64,000 bases of DNA from an uncultured Flavobacteriales bacterium. GTDB lineage: Bacteria > Bacteroidota > Bacteroidia > Flavobacteriales > BACL11. Of the stretch, positions 45,857 through 56,969 are shown one piece after another. The number at the start of each line of letters is the position of its first letter. Within the stretch, counting starts at the first letter, position 1. A program made the position numbers and the translations under genes. Location: the NCBI GenBank assembly GCA_964004625.1, contig CAXFOB010000039.1:84087-148086 (forward strand), read 5' to 3'. The notes beneath the pieces were generated by a model, which was not told the DNA's origin, did not search any database, and was given only the letters and a program-made list of their open reading frames with translations.

Positions 45857-46807
45857 TTATAAAGATAGAATCCAAGAGGATTTATTTTCTGATTTTAGAA
45901 TACCCAAAGCTAAATTAGCTTCTTCTTTTGTTGCGAAACTATCAAAAGAAACTCTAATCAAACCTCCTTTCGTTGTTCCAACAATAGAGGAGTTATAGTT
46001 TTCTGCTTTTAATTTTTTTACTAGTTTTTCAGCATTATTTTTGTTCCCAAAAGCCCCAGCAATTAAATGAAAATTCTTTTCGATAATAATATTTTCTTCT
46101 ATACCTTCAACTTCAGGGGTAGTAATAACATCTTCTCCCTTTATAGAAATATTCTTCATATTTTCTGATTCCAATTCAGATATTTCTTCGGTATTTTCAG
46201 ACATAGAAAATGGATTAAAGTTTGCCATTTGAGAATAAATATTATTGATTTTCTGTTCTTGTGTAATGCTAATTAAAGACAAACCAATAATTGGCAATAA
46301 AATAGCTGCTGCTCTCCAAACTCTATTTCTTCCTTTTTTGTTAGAAATTGGAGCTGTTACTAGCTCTATTTTTTTGTTTATAACATCTACTTTGTCAGTT
46401 TGTTGAGATTTTAACCCAAAAGAATTAAGATTATAATTAGTAAAAGAATCTTGTAAGAATAAAATATTTCCATCAATCCCTATTGAAAGTAATCCAACTT
46501 TTTCAATTCTGTAGGTTCGGATGCTTTGTAGTTTTTCTTTAATATTAGACACATACTCTTCTAGATTTCTTTTTGCTTCTTCATTTGTGATTTGTTCAGA
46601 AAGAGCAATATGATTTACAAGTAATCCGTCATTGGTTTGTAAATTAGGATTAAATAATATTTCTTTAGCAGGTGGTGAAATAACTCCAGTAGTTTCATTT
46701 AATACTGCAGAGGTATTATTTCCTACAAATCCTCCAAACTTAGGAATAATTACGCAATCGTGTATAAATAAAAGATTGGATATATATGAAGAAATTGTAT
46801 TTTTCAT
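45857..46807 (-). CDS. HU-CCDC81-like plus SPOR domain protein (peptidoglycan-binding, membrane-anchored)
   Basis: N-terminus MKNTISSYISNLLFIHDCVIIPKFGGFVG (HU-CCDC81-type), a central TM segment AAAILLPIIGLSLISI, and a C-terminal SPOR-like region FHLIAGAFGNKNNAEKLVKKLKAENY...RVSFDSFATKEEA. The start at 46807 is preferred over the ORF-track start at 46855. Confidence 0.75.
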   Translation of the reverse strand: MKNTISSYISNLLFIHDCVIIPKFGGFVGNNTSAVLNETTGVISPPAKEILFNPNLQTNDGLLVNHIALSEQITNEEAKRNLEEYVSNIKEKLQSIRTYRIEKVGLLSIGIDGNILFLQDSFTNYNLNSFGLKSQQTDKVDVINKKIELVTAPISNKKGRNRVWRAAAILLPIIGLSLISITQEQKINNIYSQMANFNPFSMSENTEEISELESENMKNISIKGEDVITTPEVEGIEENIIIEKNFHLIAGAFGNKNNAEKLVKKLKAENYNSSIVGTTKGGLIRVSFDSFATKEEANLALGILKSENKSSWILSL

Positions 46808-46812
46808 TAGTG

Positions 46813-46820
46813 CAAAATTA
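46813..46820 (-). promoter_or_regulatory. -7 promoter box for the SPOR-domain gene, overlapping the kdsB stop codon
   Basis: TAATTTTG on the - strand. Its first three bases are the kdsB TAA stop (46820..46818). 5 nt separate its G from the ATG at 46807. Confidence 0.5.
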
Positions 46821-47549
46821 TACATTTTTTGTGTGTAATTCGACAATCTTATCAATATCTTCTGTTTTATCTACTGATAATGGGTCAAAGTCCGTGATTC
46901 CCACACTAATAGAATAACCATTCTCCATCCATCTTATTTGTTCTAAATTTTGCTCCTTTTCTTTTTTGGTTGGTTTAAGTTGTATTAATTTTTCAAATAC
47001 CTCAATTCTAAAAGCGTAAATACCAATGTGTTTAAATATTTGCTGATTTGTAAATTCTGATTTTGTTAATTCAGAATCTCTTGTGAAAGAATTAGCAATT
47101 TTTTTATCATTAAAAGTTACTTTTACTTTGTTTTCATCAGAATAAGTTTCAAAATCATCTATCTTTTTTGCTAATGTAGCTATTTGAACATCTGGGTTTT
47201 CAAACAATTCTAACAGATTAGTAATTTGTTCTGGATTTATAAAGGGCTCATCTCCTTGAATGTTAACTACAATCTCGTAATGTTCTTCTAAATTTTTCAT
47301 CACTTCTCCACATCTATCTGTTCCACTCTCATGATTCTTAGATGTCAGTATAACGTCACCTCCAAAAGATTTTACATGAAAAGCAATTCTCTCATCATCA
47401 GTAGCAACTATAACTTTATGTAATAAGTTGCATTTTGAGGATTGTTGGTAAACTCGTTGAATCATGCTAACCCCCATGATATTTGCAAGAGATTTACCAG
47501 GAAATCTACTAGAATGATATCTGGATGGAATTATTCCTATTACTCTCAT
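46818..47549 (-). CDS. kdsB: 3-deoxy-manno-octulosonate cytidylyltransferase (CMP-Kdo synthetase)
   Basis: MRVIGIIPSRYHSSRFPGKSL...VATDDERI...NIQGDEP motifs. Length 243 aa. Confidence 0.9.
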   Translation of the reverse strand: MRVIGIIPSRYHSSRFPGKSLANIMGVSMIQRVYQQSSKCNLLHKVIVATDDERIAFHVKSFGGDVILTSKNHESGTDRCGEVMKNLEEHYEIVVNIQGDEPFINPEQITNLLELFENPDVQIATLAKKIDDFETYSDENKVKVTFNDKKIANSFTRDSELTKSEFTNQQIFKHIGIYAFRIEVFEKLIQLKPTKKEKEQNLEQIRWMENGYSISVGITDFDPLSVDKTEDIDKIVELHTKNV

Positions 47550-49915
47550 TAAATTTTCATGTTACACTGAATAGCAACAGTTCTTGGGGGCATCATATTT
47601 GCTGGTCTACTCATGTATTCGGTATTAAATACATTATTTATTACAATTCCTATTTTTGTAGTAGGGTTTAACTGATAAGAAGTTCTGAAATCTACAATAA
47701 AATCCCCATTTTTAAAATTTTCCCTAGCTTCATTGATTCCTGTAACTGTAGTCTGTTCAAATGCTAAACTGGTAAATATCCAATCAATATTTCTCATAAA
47801 ATCATTATATCTAAAACTAGATCCTAAGGAAAATTTATTATAGTTTATCTCCAAATCTAACTTAGCAATATGCTGGTATCTATATTTTAAGATAGTTGGA
47901 TCGGAACTACTGTTTGCATATGTGATATTCACTATAGAGTCAGCATCAAAAGCATGTTGTGTTTGAGCATAAACTTCAGATGTATCTAAAGAAATAGGAT
48001 TCATATAGGTGTATCCACCTAAGATATTAACGCTTAAATTATCATTTAACTTTCCTAGACCATTAAAACTTAATTCTAAACCACTTATTCTTGTTTTTCC
48101 TACATTGACTGATTTAAAACCTATTCCTGGGTTTTCATTACTTTCAAACGCTTCCCATTGTCCAAAGCTAAATTCCATCATATCATCATATTCCATTATG
48201 AAAGCAGCCGCATCAAAATAACCCATCCATGCTCCAATCTTCAAACCTTGTTTTACAGCAATCTCACCGCTCCACCCACTTTCTGGTTTTAACTCTGGAT
48301 TTGGATAAATTTCTAACCCTGAATAGGTTGTAGAAATAAACATTTCGGCCATTGAAGGGAAACGGAAACCTTGACCCCAAGAACTTCTTAAATAAGTAGC
48401 CTTACCAACTTGATAATTTGCTCCTGCTCTAAATACAGGTTTAGAAGAAGTATATTTATTGATTGAATCACCATCTATAAAGAATCTCTCTTCAGATGAT
48501 ACTTGAAAATGCTCATATCTAGTTCCAAATGAAAGATTTAGTTTGTTCCATTTTTTATCTAATTGGGTATATAGAGAATGATTTTTTCTACTATTATGTC
48601 CTTGAAATAAGTCTGACTTTGCAATTACTAATTCGTTTGTTGTACCAGAAGTAACTCTTAGGTTAAGATGTTTAAAATGGTGTTGCCATTGATAATCAGA
48701 ATAAAATGTTTCCGATTGGTTGTCCTGTTTGTCATCAGCTCCATTTGTACTATTATCGTTATTTACAAACAAATATCTCGTTCTCAAATTATGAGTATTA
48801 TTTTCATTAATATATTGAATAAATGGATCGATATTGTAAGTGTTTCCGCTAGTAGTAGTAACAGAAGAATCTAAAGGAACATAGGCTTGGTCTAGTCCGT
48901 TCCAAATTAGAGCAGATCCTGTAGACTGGAATAAGAAATTACCATTTACACCATAGGATAATCCAGAATATCTTTTAGATCGATAATTTGTATTAAAATT
49001 AAATCTTTTTCTATCTGTAATTTCTCCATATCTATAACCTTCATCTTTAAAATAATTCCCTCCGATTGTTAAATCAAGATTACCCAATTTTCTGGAATGA
49101 GAAAACTCTGTTCCATAAAATTGCTGTCTGCTATCTCCCCACCAATTTAACACATCTCTTTTAGCGTGATCTGTCACTCCGAAATGTGTCGTGATTTTAG
49201 TAAAACCAGGAGAAGTATTTTTCTCTATTTCAGTTTGTTTTGGGAAGGCAGTTCTGATATTTATCACACCATTTAGTGCTGAAGATCCATATAACGCAGA
49301 AGAAGCTCCTTTTATAACTTCAACTTGATTTATGTTTTCAGTTGCTATTAACTTCCATTGTACTTGTCCAGCGTCTCCAGAAATTAATGGCATATCATCT
49401 ACCATAACTAAAACTCTACTTCCAGCTCCATAACTCCATCCACTCCCCCCCCTAATATTAGCTTGTCCGTCTGTTATATTTACCCCCGGAATTTGATCCA
49501 TTGCTGTTTGTATGTTTGTTGTGTTTTTATTTTCAATCAGACTAGGCTTGATAACTTCCATAGATACGGTAATTTCTTCAATTTTTTGCTCAAATTTTCC
49601 TGCAGAAATAACAACTGTACCAATTTGCTGGCTTGCAGGTTTCATCTGAACATTAAATTCTGTTCTTTCAGATATTTCTTTTATAATAGTTTCGTATCCA
49701 ATATATTTAAAAGTAATTGTGTTTTCTTCTCCCTTTACGAAGAGGTTAAACTCTCCATCTATATTGCTTGTTGTTCCATTTGTATTACTTAAAATAACAT
49801 TTACACCAATCAAAGGTTCTTTAGTGTTAACATCTGTAATAACACCACTAATATTCTGAGAGTAAGAGGTTAAAATTGACAGAAAAAGAAGTACAAAAGT
49901 TAAACATTTCCTCAT
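47549..49915 (-). CDS. TonB-dependent outer-membrane receptor with an N-terminal carboxypeptidase-regulatory-like domain
   Basis: Signal peptide MRKCLTFVLLFLSILTSYSQ, then ISGVITDVNTKEPLIGVNVIL (CarbopepD_reg-like), a plug region (IEVIKGASSALYGSSALNGVINI) and a beta-barrel with a terminal aromatic pattern. The start at 49915 is downstream of the -7 box; the ORF-track start at 49951 is upstream of it. Confidence 0.88.
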   Translation of the reverse strand: MRKCLTFVLLFLSILTSYSQNISGVITDVNTKEPLIGVNVILSNTNGTTSNIDGEFNLFVKGEENTITFKYIGYETIIKEISERTEFNVQMKPASQQIGTVVISAGKFEQKIEEITVSMEVIKPSLIENKNTTNIQTAMDQIPGVNITDGQANIRGGSGWSYGAGSRVLVMVDDMPLISGDAGQVQWKLIATENINQVEVIKGASSALYGSSALNGVINIRTAFPKQTEIEKNTSPGFTKITTHFGVTDHAKRDVLNWWGDSRQQFYGTEFSHSRKLGNLDLTIGGNYFKDEGYRYGEITDRKRFNFNTNYRSKRYSGLSYGVNGNFLFQSTGSALIWNGLDQAYVPLDSSVTTTSGNTYNIDPFIQYINENNTHNLRTRYLFVNNDNSTNGADDKQDNQSETFYSDYQWQHHFKHLNLRVTSGTTNELVIAKSDLFQGHNSRKNHSLYTQLDKKWNKLNLSFGTRYEHFQVSSEERFFIDGDSINKYTSSKPVFRAGANYQVGKATYLRSSWGQGFRFPSMAEMFISTTYSGLEIYPNPELKPESGWSGEIAVKQGLKIGAWMGYFDAAAFIMEYDDMMEFSFGQWEAFESNENPGIGFKSVNVGKTRISGLELSFNGLGKLNDNLSVNILGGYTYMNPISLDTSEVYAQTQHAFDADSIVNITYANSSSDPTILKYRYQHIAKLDLEINYNKFSLGSSFRYNDFMRNIDWIFTSLAFEQTTVTGINEARENFKNGDFIVDFRTSYQLNPTTKIGIVINNVFNTEYMSRPANMMPPRTVAIQCNMKI

Positions 49916-49938
49916 ATTTTTATATTTTATATAGAAAA

Positions 49939-49946
49939 CAAAGTTA
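49939..49946 (-). promoter_or_regulatory. -7 promoter box for the TonB-dependent receptor / kdsB transcription unit
   Basis: TAACTTTG on the - strand, with 23 nt between its G and the ATG at 49915. Confidence 0.5.
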
Positions 49947-50054
49947 AACAATTTGATGAAATCAGAAAGTTATTTACTTGACAAAAGAAGAGGAATTTAT
50001 TTTAAGTCTATTAAAAGAAAAATGTAAAGATGTTTGTTTTTTAAAAATATACTA

Positions 50055-50062
50055 TACATTTG
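50055..50062 (+). promoter_or_regulatory. -7 promoter box for gdhA
   Basis: TACATTTG, with 40 nt between its G and the ATG at 50103. Confidence 0.45.
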
Positions 50063-50093
50063 CCTAAATATTTAAAAACTAAACCTATTTTAA

Positions 50094-51437
<1,344 letters not shown>

Positions 51438-51461
51438 ATCTTATTAATAGATATAGATTTT

Positions 51462-51488
51462 AAAGGAGGTTTTTTCCTCCTTTTTTAT
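51462..51488 (+). terminator. intrinsic terminator after gdhA
   Basis: AAAGGAGG (51462..51469) pairs with CCTCCTTT (51476..51483) around a T6 loop and is followed by a T-run. Confidence 0.75.
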
Positions 51489-51493
51489 TTGTG

Positions 51494-51501
51494 TACTTTT
51501 G
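51494..51501 (+). promoter_or_regulatory. -7 promoter box for kbl
   Basis: TACTTTTG, with 21 nt between its G and the ATG at 51523. Confidence 0.5.
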
Positions 51502-51522
51502 TGATTCCAAAAAAATAAAATT

Positions 51523-52713
51523 ATGTACGGTAAACTTAAACAGGAACTACAGACAGAACTTGATAATATTAAGGCAGAAGGCCTGTATAAAGATGAGCGA
51601 GTAATTATGAATCCTCAAGGGGCACTTATAAAGGTGAGTACCGGAGAGGAAGTGCTTAACTTTTGTGCCAATAATTATTTAGGATTATCTTCTCATCCAG
51701 AAGTAATTCAAGCTGCAAAAGACACTTTAGACACACACGGTTACGGTATGTCTTCCGTTCGTTTTATTTGTGGCACGCAAGATATTCATAAAGATTTAGA
51801 GCGAAAATTATCTAATTTTTTAGGAACAGAAGATACTATTCTATATGCAGCAGCTTTTGACGCAAATGGTGGGGTCTTTGAACCTCTTTTTTCTGTAGAG
51901 GACGCTATTATATCAGATGAATTGAATCACGCTTCTATTATTGATGGGGTTCGTTTGTGTAAGGCAAAAAGGTACCGCTACAAAAACAATGATATGCAAA
52001 GCTTGGAGGATCAATTAAAGTTGTCTCAACAGCAAAGAAACAGAGTTATTGTAACAGATGGGGTTTTCTCTATGGATGGATATATAGCGCAATTAGATAA
52101 AATTTGTGTTTTGGCAGAAAAATATGACTCCCTTGTAATGGTGGATGATTCTCACTCTACAGGTTTTGTAGGCAAAACAGGAAGAGGTACGCACGAGCAT
52201 TGTAATGTGATGGGGAGAGTAGATATTATTACCTCAACCCTAGGTAAAGCTTTGGGTGGAGCTATGGGAGGTTTTACTTCTGGAAGAAAAGAAATTATTG
52301 ATATTCTTAGACAAAGATCTCGTCCATATTTATTTTCTAATTCCTTAGCTCCATCAATTGTTGGGGCCGCATCTAAGGTTATTGATTTACTTTCAGATTC
52401 TACTGATTTAAGGGATAAATTGGAGGAAAATACAAGATACTTCAGAGAAAAAATGACGGATGCTGGTTTTGATATTCCTAAAGGAACGCATCCTATTACT
52501 CCGGTAATGTTGTATGATGCAAAACTTGCACAGGAAATGTCGAATAAGTTGTTGAATGAAGGAATTTATGTAATTGGTTTCTTTTTTCCAGTTGTTCCAA
52601 AAGAAAAAAGCAGGATTAGAGTACAGATTTCTGCTGCTCATTCCAAACAAGATTTAGATAAAGCAATAAAAGCTTTTATAAAGGTAGGCAAAGAGTTGAA
52701 AATAATTTATTAA
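51523..52713 (+). CDS. kbl: glycine C-acetyltransferase (2-amino-3-ketobutyrate CoA ligase)
   Basis: Collinear with E. coli Kbl along its full length, as recalled from memory: [65 protein letters not shown] (PLP Lys), [11 protein letters not shown]. Confidence 0.92.
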   Translation: MYGKLKQELQTELDNIKAEGLYKDERVIMNPQGALIKVSTGEEVLNFCANNYLGLSSHPEVIQAAKDTLDTHGYGMSSVRFICGTQDIHKDLERKLSNFLGTEDTILYAAAFDANGGVFEPLFSVEDAIISDELNHASIIDGVRLCKAKRYRYKNNDMQSLEDQLKLSQQQRNRVIVTDGVFSMDGYIAQLDKICVLAEKYDSLVMVDDSHSTGFVGKTGRGTHEHCNVMGRVDIITSTLGKALGGAMGGFTSGRKEIIDILRQRSRPYLFSNSLAPSIVGAASKVIDLLSDSTDLRDKLEENTRYFREKMTDAGFDIPKGTHPITPVMLYDAKLAQEMSNKLLNEGIYVIGFFFPVVPKEKSRIRVQISAAHSKQDLDKAIKAFIKVGKELKIIY

Positions 52714-52754
52714 GATAAATTGTTAATAAAAGGCGGCAGGAAAAAAAATAAATG

Positions 52755-52762
52755 TATTTTTG
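52755..52762 (+). promoter_or_regulatory. -7 promoter box for rplM-rpsI
   Basis: TATTTTTG, with 33 nt between its G and the GTG start at 52796. Confidence 0.5.
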
Positions 52763-52795
52763 CAGACCTTTTTAACAGGATAAAAATTAAATATT

Positions 52796-53251
52796 GTGGA
52801 TACATTAAGTTACAAAACATTATCAGCAAATAAAGAAACAGCCAACAAAGAGTGGTTTGTAGTAGATGCTGAAAACCAAATTTTAGGTAGAATGTCTTCT
52901 AAAATCGCTAAGGTTTTAAGAGGAAAATATAAAACTAATTTCACTCCTCATGCAGATTGTGGTGATTACGTAATCGTAATAAATGCAGATAAAGCAATTA
53001 TGACAGGGAAGAAAATGACAGATAGAGAAATTTTTTCTCATACAGGATACCCTGGTGGACAAAAAAGACTAACTCCTATACAAATGTTAGAAAAAGATGG
53101 GACATCTTTAGTAAAGCATTCTGTAAAGGGAATGTTACCTAAAAATAAATTAGGAGCTGCTATATTAAAGAACCTTTATATTTTTTCAGGTTCTGAGCAC
53201 AATCATGAAGCTCAAAAACCTAAATCATTAAATTTAAACGATCTTAAATAA
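52796..53251 (+). CDS. rplM: 50S ribosomal protein L13
   Basis: MDTLSYKTLSANKETANKEWFVVDAENQILGR...GHTGYPGG pattern. GTG start. Confidence 0.93.
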   Translation: MDTLSYKTLSANKETANKEWFVVDAENQILGRMSSKIAKVLRGKYKTNFTPHADCGDYVIVINADKAIMTGKKMTDREIFSHTGYPGGQKRLTPIQMLEKDGTSLVKHSVKGMLPKNKLGAAILKNLYIFSGSEHNHEAQKPKSLNLNDLK

Positions 53252-53252
53252 T

Positions 53253-53639
53253 ATGGGAACAGTTCATACTATAGGGAGGAGAAAAGCATCTGTTGCTAGA
53301 ATCTATGTAACAGAAGGAAAAGGAAAATTTGTTGTAAATGGAAAAGATTATAAAGAGTATTTTCCAATTGAAACCTTGCAATACAAATTAAACCAACCAT
53401 TTAAAGTATTAAAAAAAGAGGGACAATATGACATTAAAGTAAATGTAAATGGAGGTGGAATAAACGGACAGGCAGATGCTATAAAATTAGCTATTGCTCG
53501 TTCTCTTTGCGAAATTGATGCAGAAAACCGACCTGCATTAAAAGCAGAAGGATTACTTACAAGAGACCCAAGAGTTGTAGAAAGAAAGAAACCAGGACAG
53601 AAAAAAGCAAGGAAAAAATTCCAGTGGGTTAAGAGATAG
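53253..53639 (+). CDS. rpsI: 30S ribosomal protein S9
   Basis: GRRKASVARIYV...GGGINGQADAIKLAIARSL...LTRDPRVVERKKPGQKKARKKFQWVKR. Confidence 0.93.
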   Translation: MGTVHTIGRRKASVARIYVTEGKGKFVVNGKDYKEYFPIETLQYKLNQPFKVLKKEGQYDIKVNVNGGGINGQADAIKLAIARSLCEIDAENRPALKAEGLLTRDPRVVERKKPGQKKARKKFQWVKR

Positions 53640-53738
53640 AATCAATCAAATTATTAATATATGTTTAGCATCTAAACTGATAGGACAAGTAAAATAACTT
53701 CTACCTATTAGTTGCTGAAACCAAAAAAGAAAGTAAAC

Positions 53739-54524
53739 ATGGCAAGAACAAATTTCAAAGAATTATTAGAGGCAGGTGTACACTTTGGGCACCTAAAAAA
53801 GAAATGGAATCCAGGAATGACTCCTTATGTATTTATGGAGAGAAATGGAATTCATATTATTGACTTAAACAAAACAGTAAGCATGCTTGATGAAGCGGCT
53901 GCCGCTATGAAGCAAATTGCAAGATCAGGTAAAAGTATTTTATTTGTCGCTACTAAGAAACAAGCAAAATCTATTGTTTCAGAATTTGCACAATCTGTAA
54001 ACATGCCTTATATAACAGAAAGATGGCCTGGTGGATTATTAACTAACTTTTCTACAATCAGAAAATCCATCAAAAAAATGGATTCTATTGATAAGATGGG
54101 AGAGGATGGTACATTAGCTACTTTATCAAAAAGAGAAAGATTACAAATTTCTAGAACTAGAGAAAAATTAGAAAGAAATTTAGGTTCTATATCTAAAATG
54201 AATAGAATGCCTTCAGCAATATTTATTGTCGATATTACAAAAGAACATATTGCCGTAGCAGAGTCAGCAAAGTTAGGGATACCAACTTTTGCAATGGTAG
54301 ATACTAATTCTGATCCAAATCAGATTTCTTTCCCAATTCCATCAAATGACGATTCTTCAAAATCTATCAGAAAGATTATGGAAGTAATTACTGATGCGGT
54401 AAAAGAAGGATTAGCAGATAGAGACCAAGCAAATGCTGAAAAGGCAAAAGCTAAAGAGGAAAAAAAAGCTATAGAGGAAAAGAAAGCTAAAGAGGAAAAA
54501 ACAGAAGAAACAACTGAAAAATAA
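53739..54524 (+). CDS. rpsB: 30S ribosomal protein S2 (with a Lys/Glu-rich C-terminal tail)
   Basis: MARTNFKELLEAGVHFGH is the canonical S2 N-terminus, so the ATG at 53739 is preferred over the ORF-track TTG at 53712. The tail is AKAKEEKKAIEEKKAKEEKTEETTEK. Confidence 0.93.
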   Translation: MARTNFKELLEAGVHFGHLKKKWNPGMTPYVFMERNGIHIIDLNKTVSMLDEAAAAMKQIARSGKSILFVATKKQAKSIVSEFAQSVNMPYITERWPGGLLTNFSTIRKSIKKMDSIDKMGEDGTLATLSKRERLQISRTREKLERNLGSISKMNRMPSAIFIVDITKEHIAVAESAKLGIPTFAMVDTNSDPNQISFPIPSNDDSSKSIRKIMEVITDAVKEGLADRDQANAEKAKAKEEKKAIEEKKAKEEKTEETTEK

Positions 54525-54532
54525 AACAAAAA

Positions 54533-55498
54533 ATGGCAGATATTAAAGCGGCTGATGTAGCCAAATTAAGAAAACAAACAGGTGCTGGTATGATGGACTG
54601 CAAAAAGGCATTAGTAGAAGCTAATGGTGATTTTGATGCAGCTATTGATGTACTTAGAAAAAAGGGACAAAAAGTTGCTGCTAAAAGAGCAGATAGAGAT
54701 GCTTCTGAAGGAGTAGCTATTACAAAAATTAACTCAGATAACACAGCGGGAATTGCTATAGTATTAGCCTGTGAAACGGACTTTGTTGCTAAAAACGATT
54801 CGTTTAAGGATTTAGCTTCTCAATTTGCAGATATTGCTTTAAATCATTCAGACAAAGATTCGTTTATGTTAGCAGATTTTGGAGGTATGACTGTTGCAGA
54901 AAAGTTAGTTGAGCAAACTGGCGTTATAGGTGAAAAATTAGATATTTCTTCTTTTGAAAGAGTAGAAGCGAACTATGTTGGATCTTATACTCATGGTGTT
55001 AAAATTGCTGTATTAGTAGGTTTAAACAATTCAGTAGATAATGTTGATGAGTTAGCTAAGGATTTAGCAATGCAAGTTGCTTCAATGGGGGCTACAACTT
55101 TATCTTACAAAGATTTTGATGCAGACTATGTATCTAACGAAACAGAAGCAAGAATTGCTGCTATCGAAAAAGAGAACATTGAATTAGGAAGATTAGGAAA
55201 AACATTAAAAAATGTTCCTAAATACATTTCTATGTCTCAACTTACTGATGAAGTAATGACAGAAGCAAAATCTGAAATAGAAGATCAGTTAAAATCAGAA
55301 GGGAAGCCAGAGCAAATTTGGGATAAAATTGTTCCTGGAAAAATAGATAGATTTATTTCTGATAACACAACTTTAGATCAGGAGCAGTGTTTGTTAGACC
55401 AAAACTTTATTAAGGACGAAAGTAAGAATGTAGATTCGTATATTAAATCTTATGGAGATGTTGCTGTAAGTTCTTTTAAAAGGGTTTCTTTAGGATAA
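54533..55498 (+). CDS. tsf: translation elongation factor Ts
   Basis: N-terminal UBA-like domain VAKLRKQTGAGMMDCKKALVEANGDFDAAIDVLRKKG, then the EF-Ts core. Immediately follows rpsB. Confidence 0.92.
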   Translation: MADIKAADVAKLRKQTGAGMMDCKKALVEANGDFDAAIDVLRKKGQKVAAKRADRDASEGVAITKINSDNTAGIAIVLACETDFVAKNDSFKDLASQFADIALNHSDKDSFMLADFGGMTVAEKLVEQTGVIGEKLDISSFERVEANYVGSYTHGVKIAVLVGLNNSVDNVDELAKDLAMQVASMGATTLSYKDFDADYVSNETEARIAAIEKENIELGRLGKTLKNVPKYISMSQLTDEVMTEAKSEIEDQLKSEGKPEQIWDKIVPGKIDRFISDNTTLDQEQCLLDQNFIKDESKNVDSYIKSYGDVAVSSFKRVSLG

Positions 55499-55523
55499 CA
55501 AAAAGCACAAATACAAATATTTC

Positions 55524-55550
55524 AAAACCACCCAATTGGGTGGTTTTTTT
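55524..55550 (+). terminator. intrinsic terminator after tsf
   Basis: AAAACCACCC pairs with GGGTGGTTTT around the loop AATT and is followed by a T-run. Confidence 0.8.
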
Positions 55551-55596
55551 ATTTTCAAAAAAATCTATCAATCTTTTTCAATTTCTCTTATTTACG

Positions 55597-55604
55597 TATC
55601 TTTG
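55597..55604 (+). promoter_or_regulatory. -7 promoter box for pyrH-frr
   Basis: TATCTTTG, with 20 nt between its G and the ATG at 55625. Confidence 0.5.
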
Positions 55605-55624
55605 GGCAACTTTTTTAATTACTT

Positions 55625-56332
55625 ATGAAATATAATAGAATACTTTTAAAACTCAGTGGGGAAGCCTTAATGGGAGATCAGAATTACGGTATTGATTCTA
55701 GTAGATTGTCAGATTATGCAAAAGAAATCAAACAAATTGTTGATAAAGGAATTCAGGTTTCTGTAGTTATTGGTGGAGGGAATATTTATAGAGGTATTCA
55801 ATCAGAAGGAGCTGGTTTTGACAGAGTTCAGGGTGATTATATGGGTATGTTAGCAACAATAATTAATGGCATGGCACTTCAGTCGGCACTAGAATCTATT
55901 GATGTACAAACAAGACTACTTACCGCAATCAGGATGGAACAAGTAGCTGAACCATATATAAGAAGAAAAGCAACTCGACATCTGAGTAAAAAGAGAGTAG
56001 TCATCTTTGGAGGAGGTACCGGTAATCCGTATTTTACTACAGATACTGCGGCTACACTTAGAGCTATTGAGATAGAGGCAGATGTAATATTAAAAGGAAC
56101 ACGAGTAGATGGAATATTTACAGCAGACCCTGAAAAAGATTCGTCTGCAACAATGTATGAAACAATTAGTTTTGATGAAGTATTTAAAAAAGAATTAAAT
56201 GTAATGGACTTGACCGCTTTTACTCTTTGTAAAGAAAATAAATTACCAATAAAAGTGTTTAATATGAATACTCAAGGGAATCTCGAAAAGGTTTGTAATG
56301 GAGAGAATGTTGGTACATTAGTGAAATTTTAA
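55625..56332 (+). CDS. pyrH: UMP kinase
   Basis: [15 protein letters not shown]...[10 protein letters not shown]...[12 protein letters not shown]...[15 protein letters not shown]. Confidence 0.93.
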   Translation: MKYNRILLKLSGEALMGDQNYGIDSSRLSDYAKEIKQIVDKGIQVSVVIGGGNIYRGIQSEGAGFDRVQGDYMGMLATIINGMALQSALESIDVQTRLLTAIRMEQVAEPYIRRKATRHLSKKRVVIFGGGTGNPYFTTDTAATLRAIEIEADVILKGTRVDGIFTADPEKDSSATMYETISFDEVFKKELNVMDLTAFTLCKENKLPIKVFNMNTQGNLEKVCNGENVGTLVKF

Positions 56333-56345
56333 AAAATTATTAGTT

Positions 56346-56909
56346 ATGACTGAAGATATAGAGTTAATATTAGATGTAGCAGAAGAACAAATGCAAGAAT
56401 CTATTTCTAGACTAGAAATGGTGTTATCAAAAATTAGAGCTGGGAAAGCATCTCCTCAAATGCTTTCTGCAGTAAAAGTAGATTATTATGGAGCTGTTAC
56501 TCCTCTTTCTCAAATGGCGAATATTAATACTCCAGATTCTCAAACAATTTCGATACAACCATTTGATAAAAGTGTAATGGGAGATATTGAGAAAGCAATT
56601 GTAGAAGCAAATTTAGGATTAAACCCTATGAATAATGGAGAATTAATAATGATTAATGTCCCTGCACTTACTGAAGAAAGAAGAAGAGAATTAGTGAAAC
56701 AAGTAAAATCAGAAACAGAGAACTGTAAAGTAAGTATCCGAAATTCTAGACAGAAAGCAAATGATGAAGTTAAAAAGCTTTCAAAAGATGGATTGTCAGA
56801 AGATATGTCAAGAGATGCGGAAACCAGCGTCCAAGATTTAACAGATAAATTTATTGAGGTAACAGAAAAACATTTTCTAGAGAAGGAAAAGGATGTAATG
56901 ACTATCTAA
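56346..56909 (+). CDS. frr: ribosome recycling factor
   Basis: 187 aa. IRAGKASPQMLSAVKVDYYG...LNPMNNGELIMINVPALTEERRRELVKQVK. Confidence 0.93.
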   Translation: MTEDIELILDVAEEQMQESISRLEMVLSKIRAGKASPQMLSAVKVDYYGAVTPLSQMANINTPDSQTISIQPFDKSVMGDIEKAIVEANLGLNPMNNGELIMINVPALTEERRRELVKQVKSETENCKVSIRNSRQKANDEVKKLSKDGLSEDMSRDAETSVQDLTDKFIEVTEKHFLEKEKDVMTI

Positions 56910-56928
56910 ATTCTTAAAATAAACTATT

Positions 56929-56951
56929 AGGGATTCGTTGAGTCCCTTTTT
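56929..56951 (+). terminator. weak candidate terminator after frr
   Basis: AGGGAT pairs with GTCCCT (including one G-U pair) around a 7-nt loop and is followed by TTTT. Confidence 0.4.
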
Positions 56952-56969
56952 AGTTTAAAAAGATACCAA

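Noticed and set aside
49916-49951. 5' extensions of ORF-track models: TonB receptor 49951, small amidohydrolase 22819, histidine kinase 12644, dusB 32111, SPOR gene 46855, sulfotransferase 36761
   Set aside because: In each case an internal ATG gives a proper signal peptide or family N-terminus and removes an overlap with the upstream gene. For the TonB receptor, dusB and the SPOR gene it also places the start downstream of an exact -7 box.
53712-53738. ORF-track TTG start extending rpsB by 9 codons
   Set aside because: S2 proteins begin MA..FKELLEAGVHFGH, and the ATG at 53739 reproduces this exactly.
54447-54500. 18-nt direct repeat AAAGCTAAAGAGGAAAAA (54447..54464 and 54483..54500)
   Set aside because: It lies in frame inside the Lys/Glu-rich C-terminal tail of S2 (KAKEEKK..KAKEEK). 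This is low-complexity coding sequence, not a mobile or regulatory repeat.
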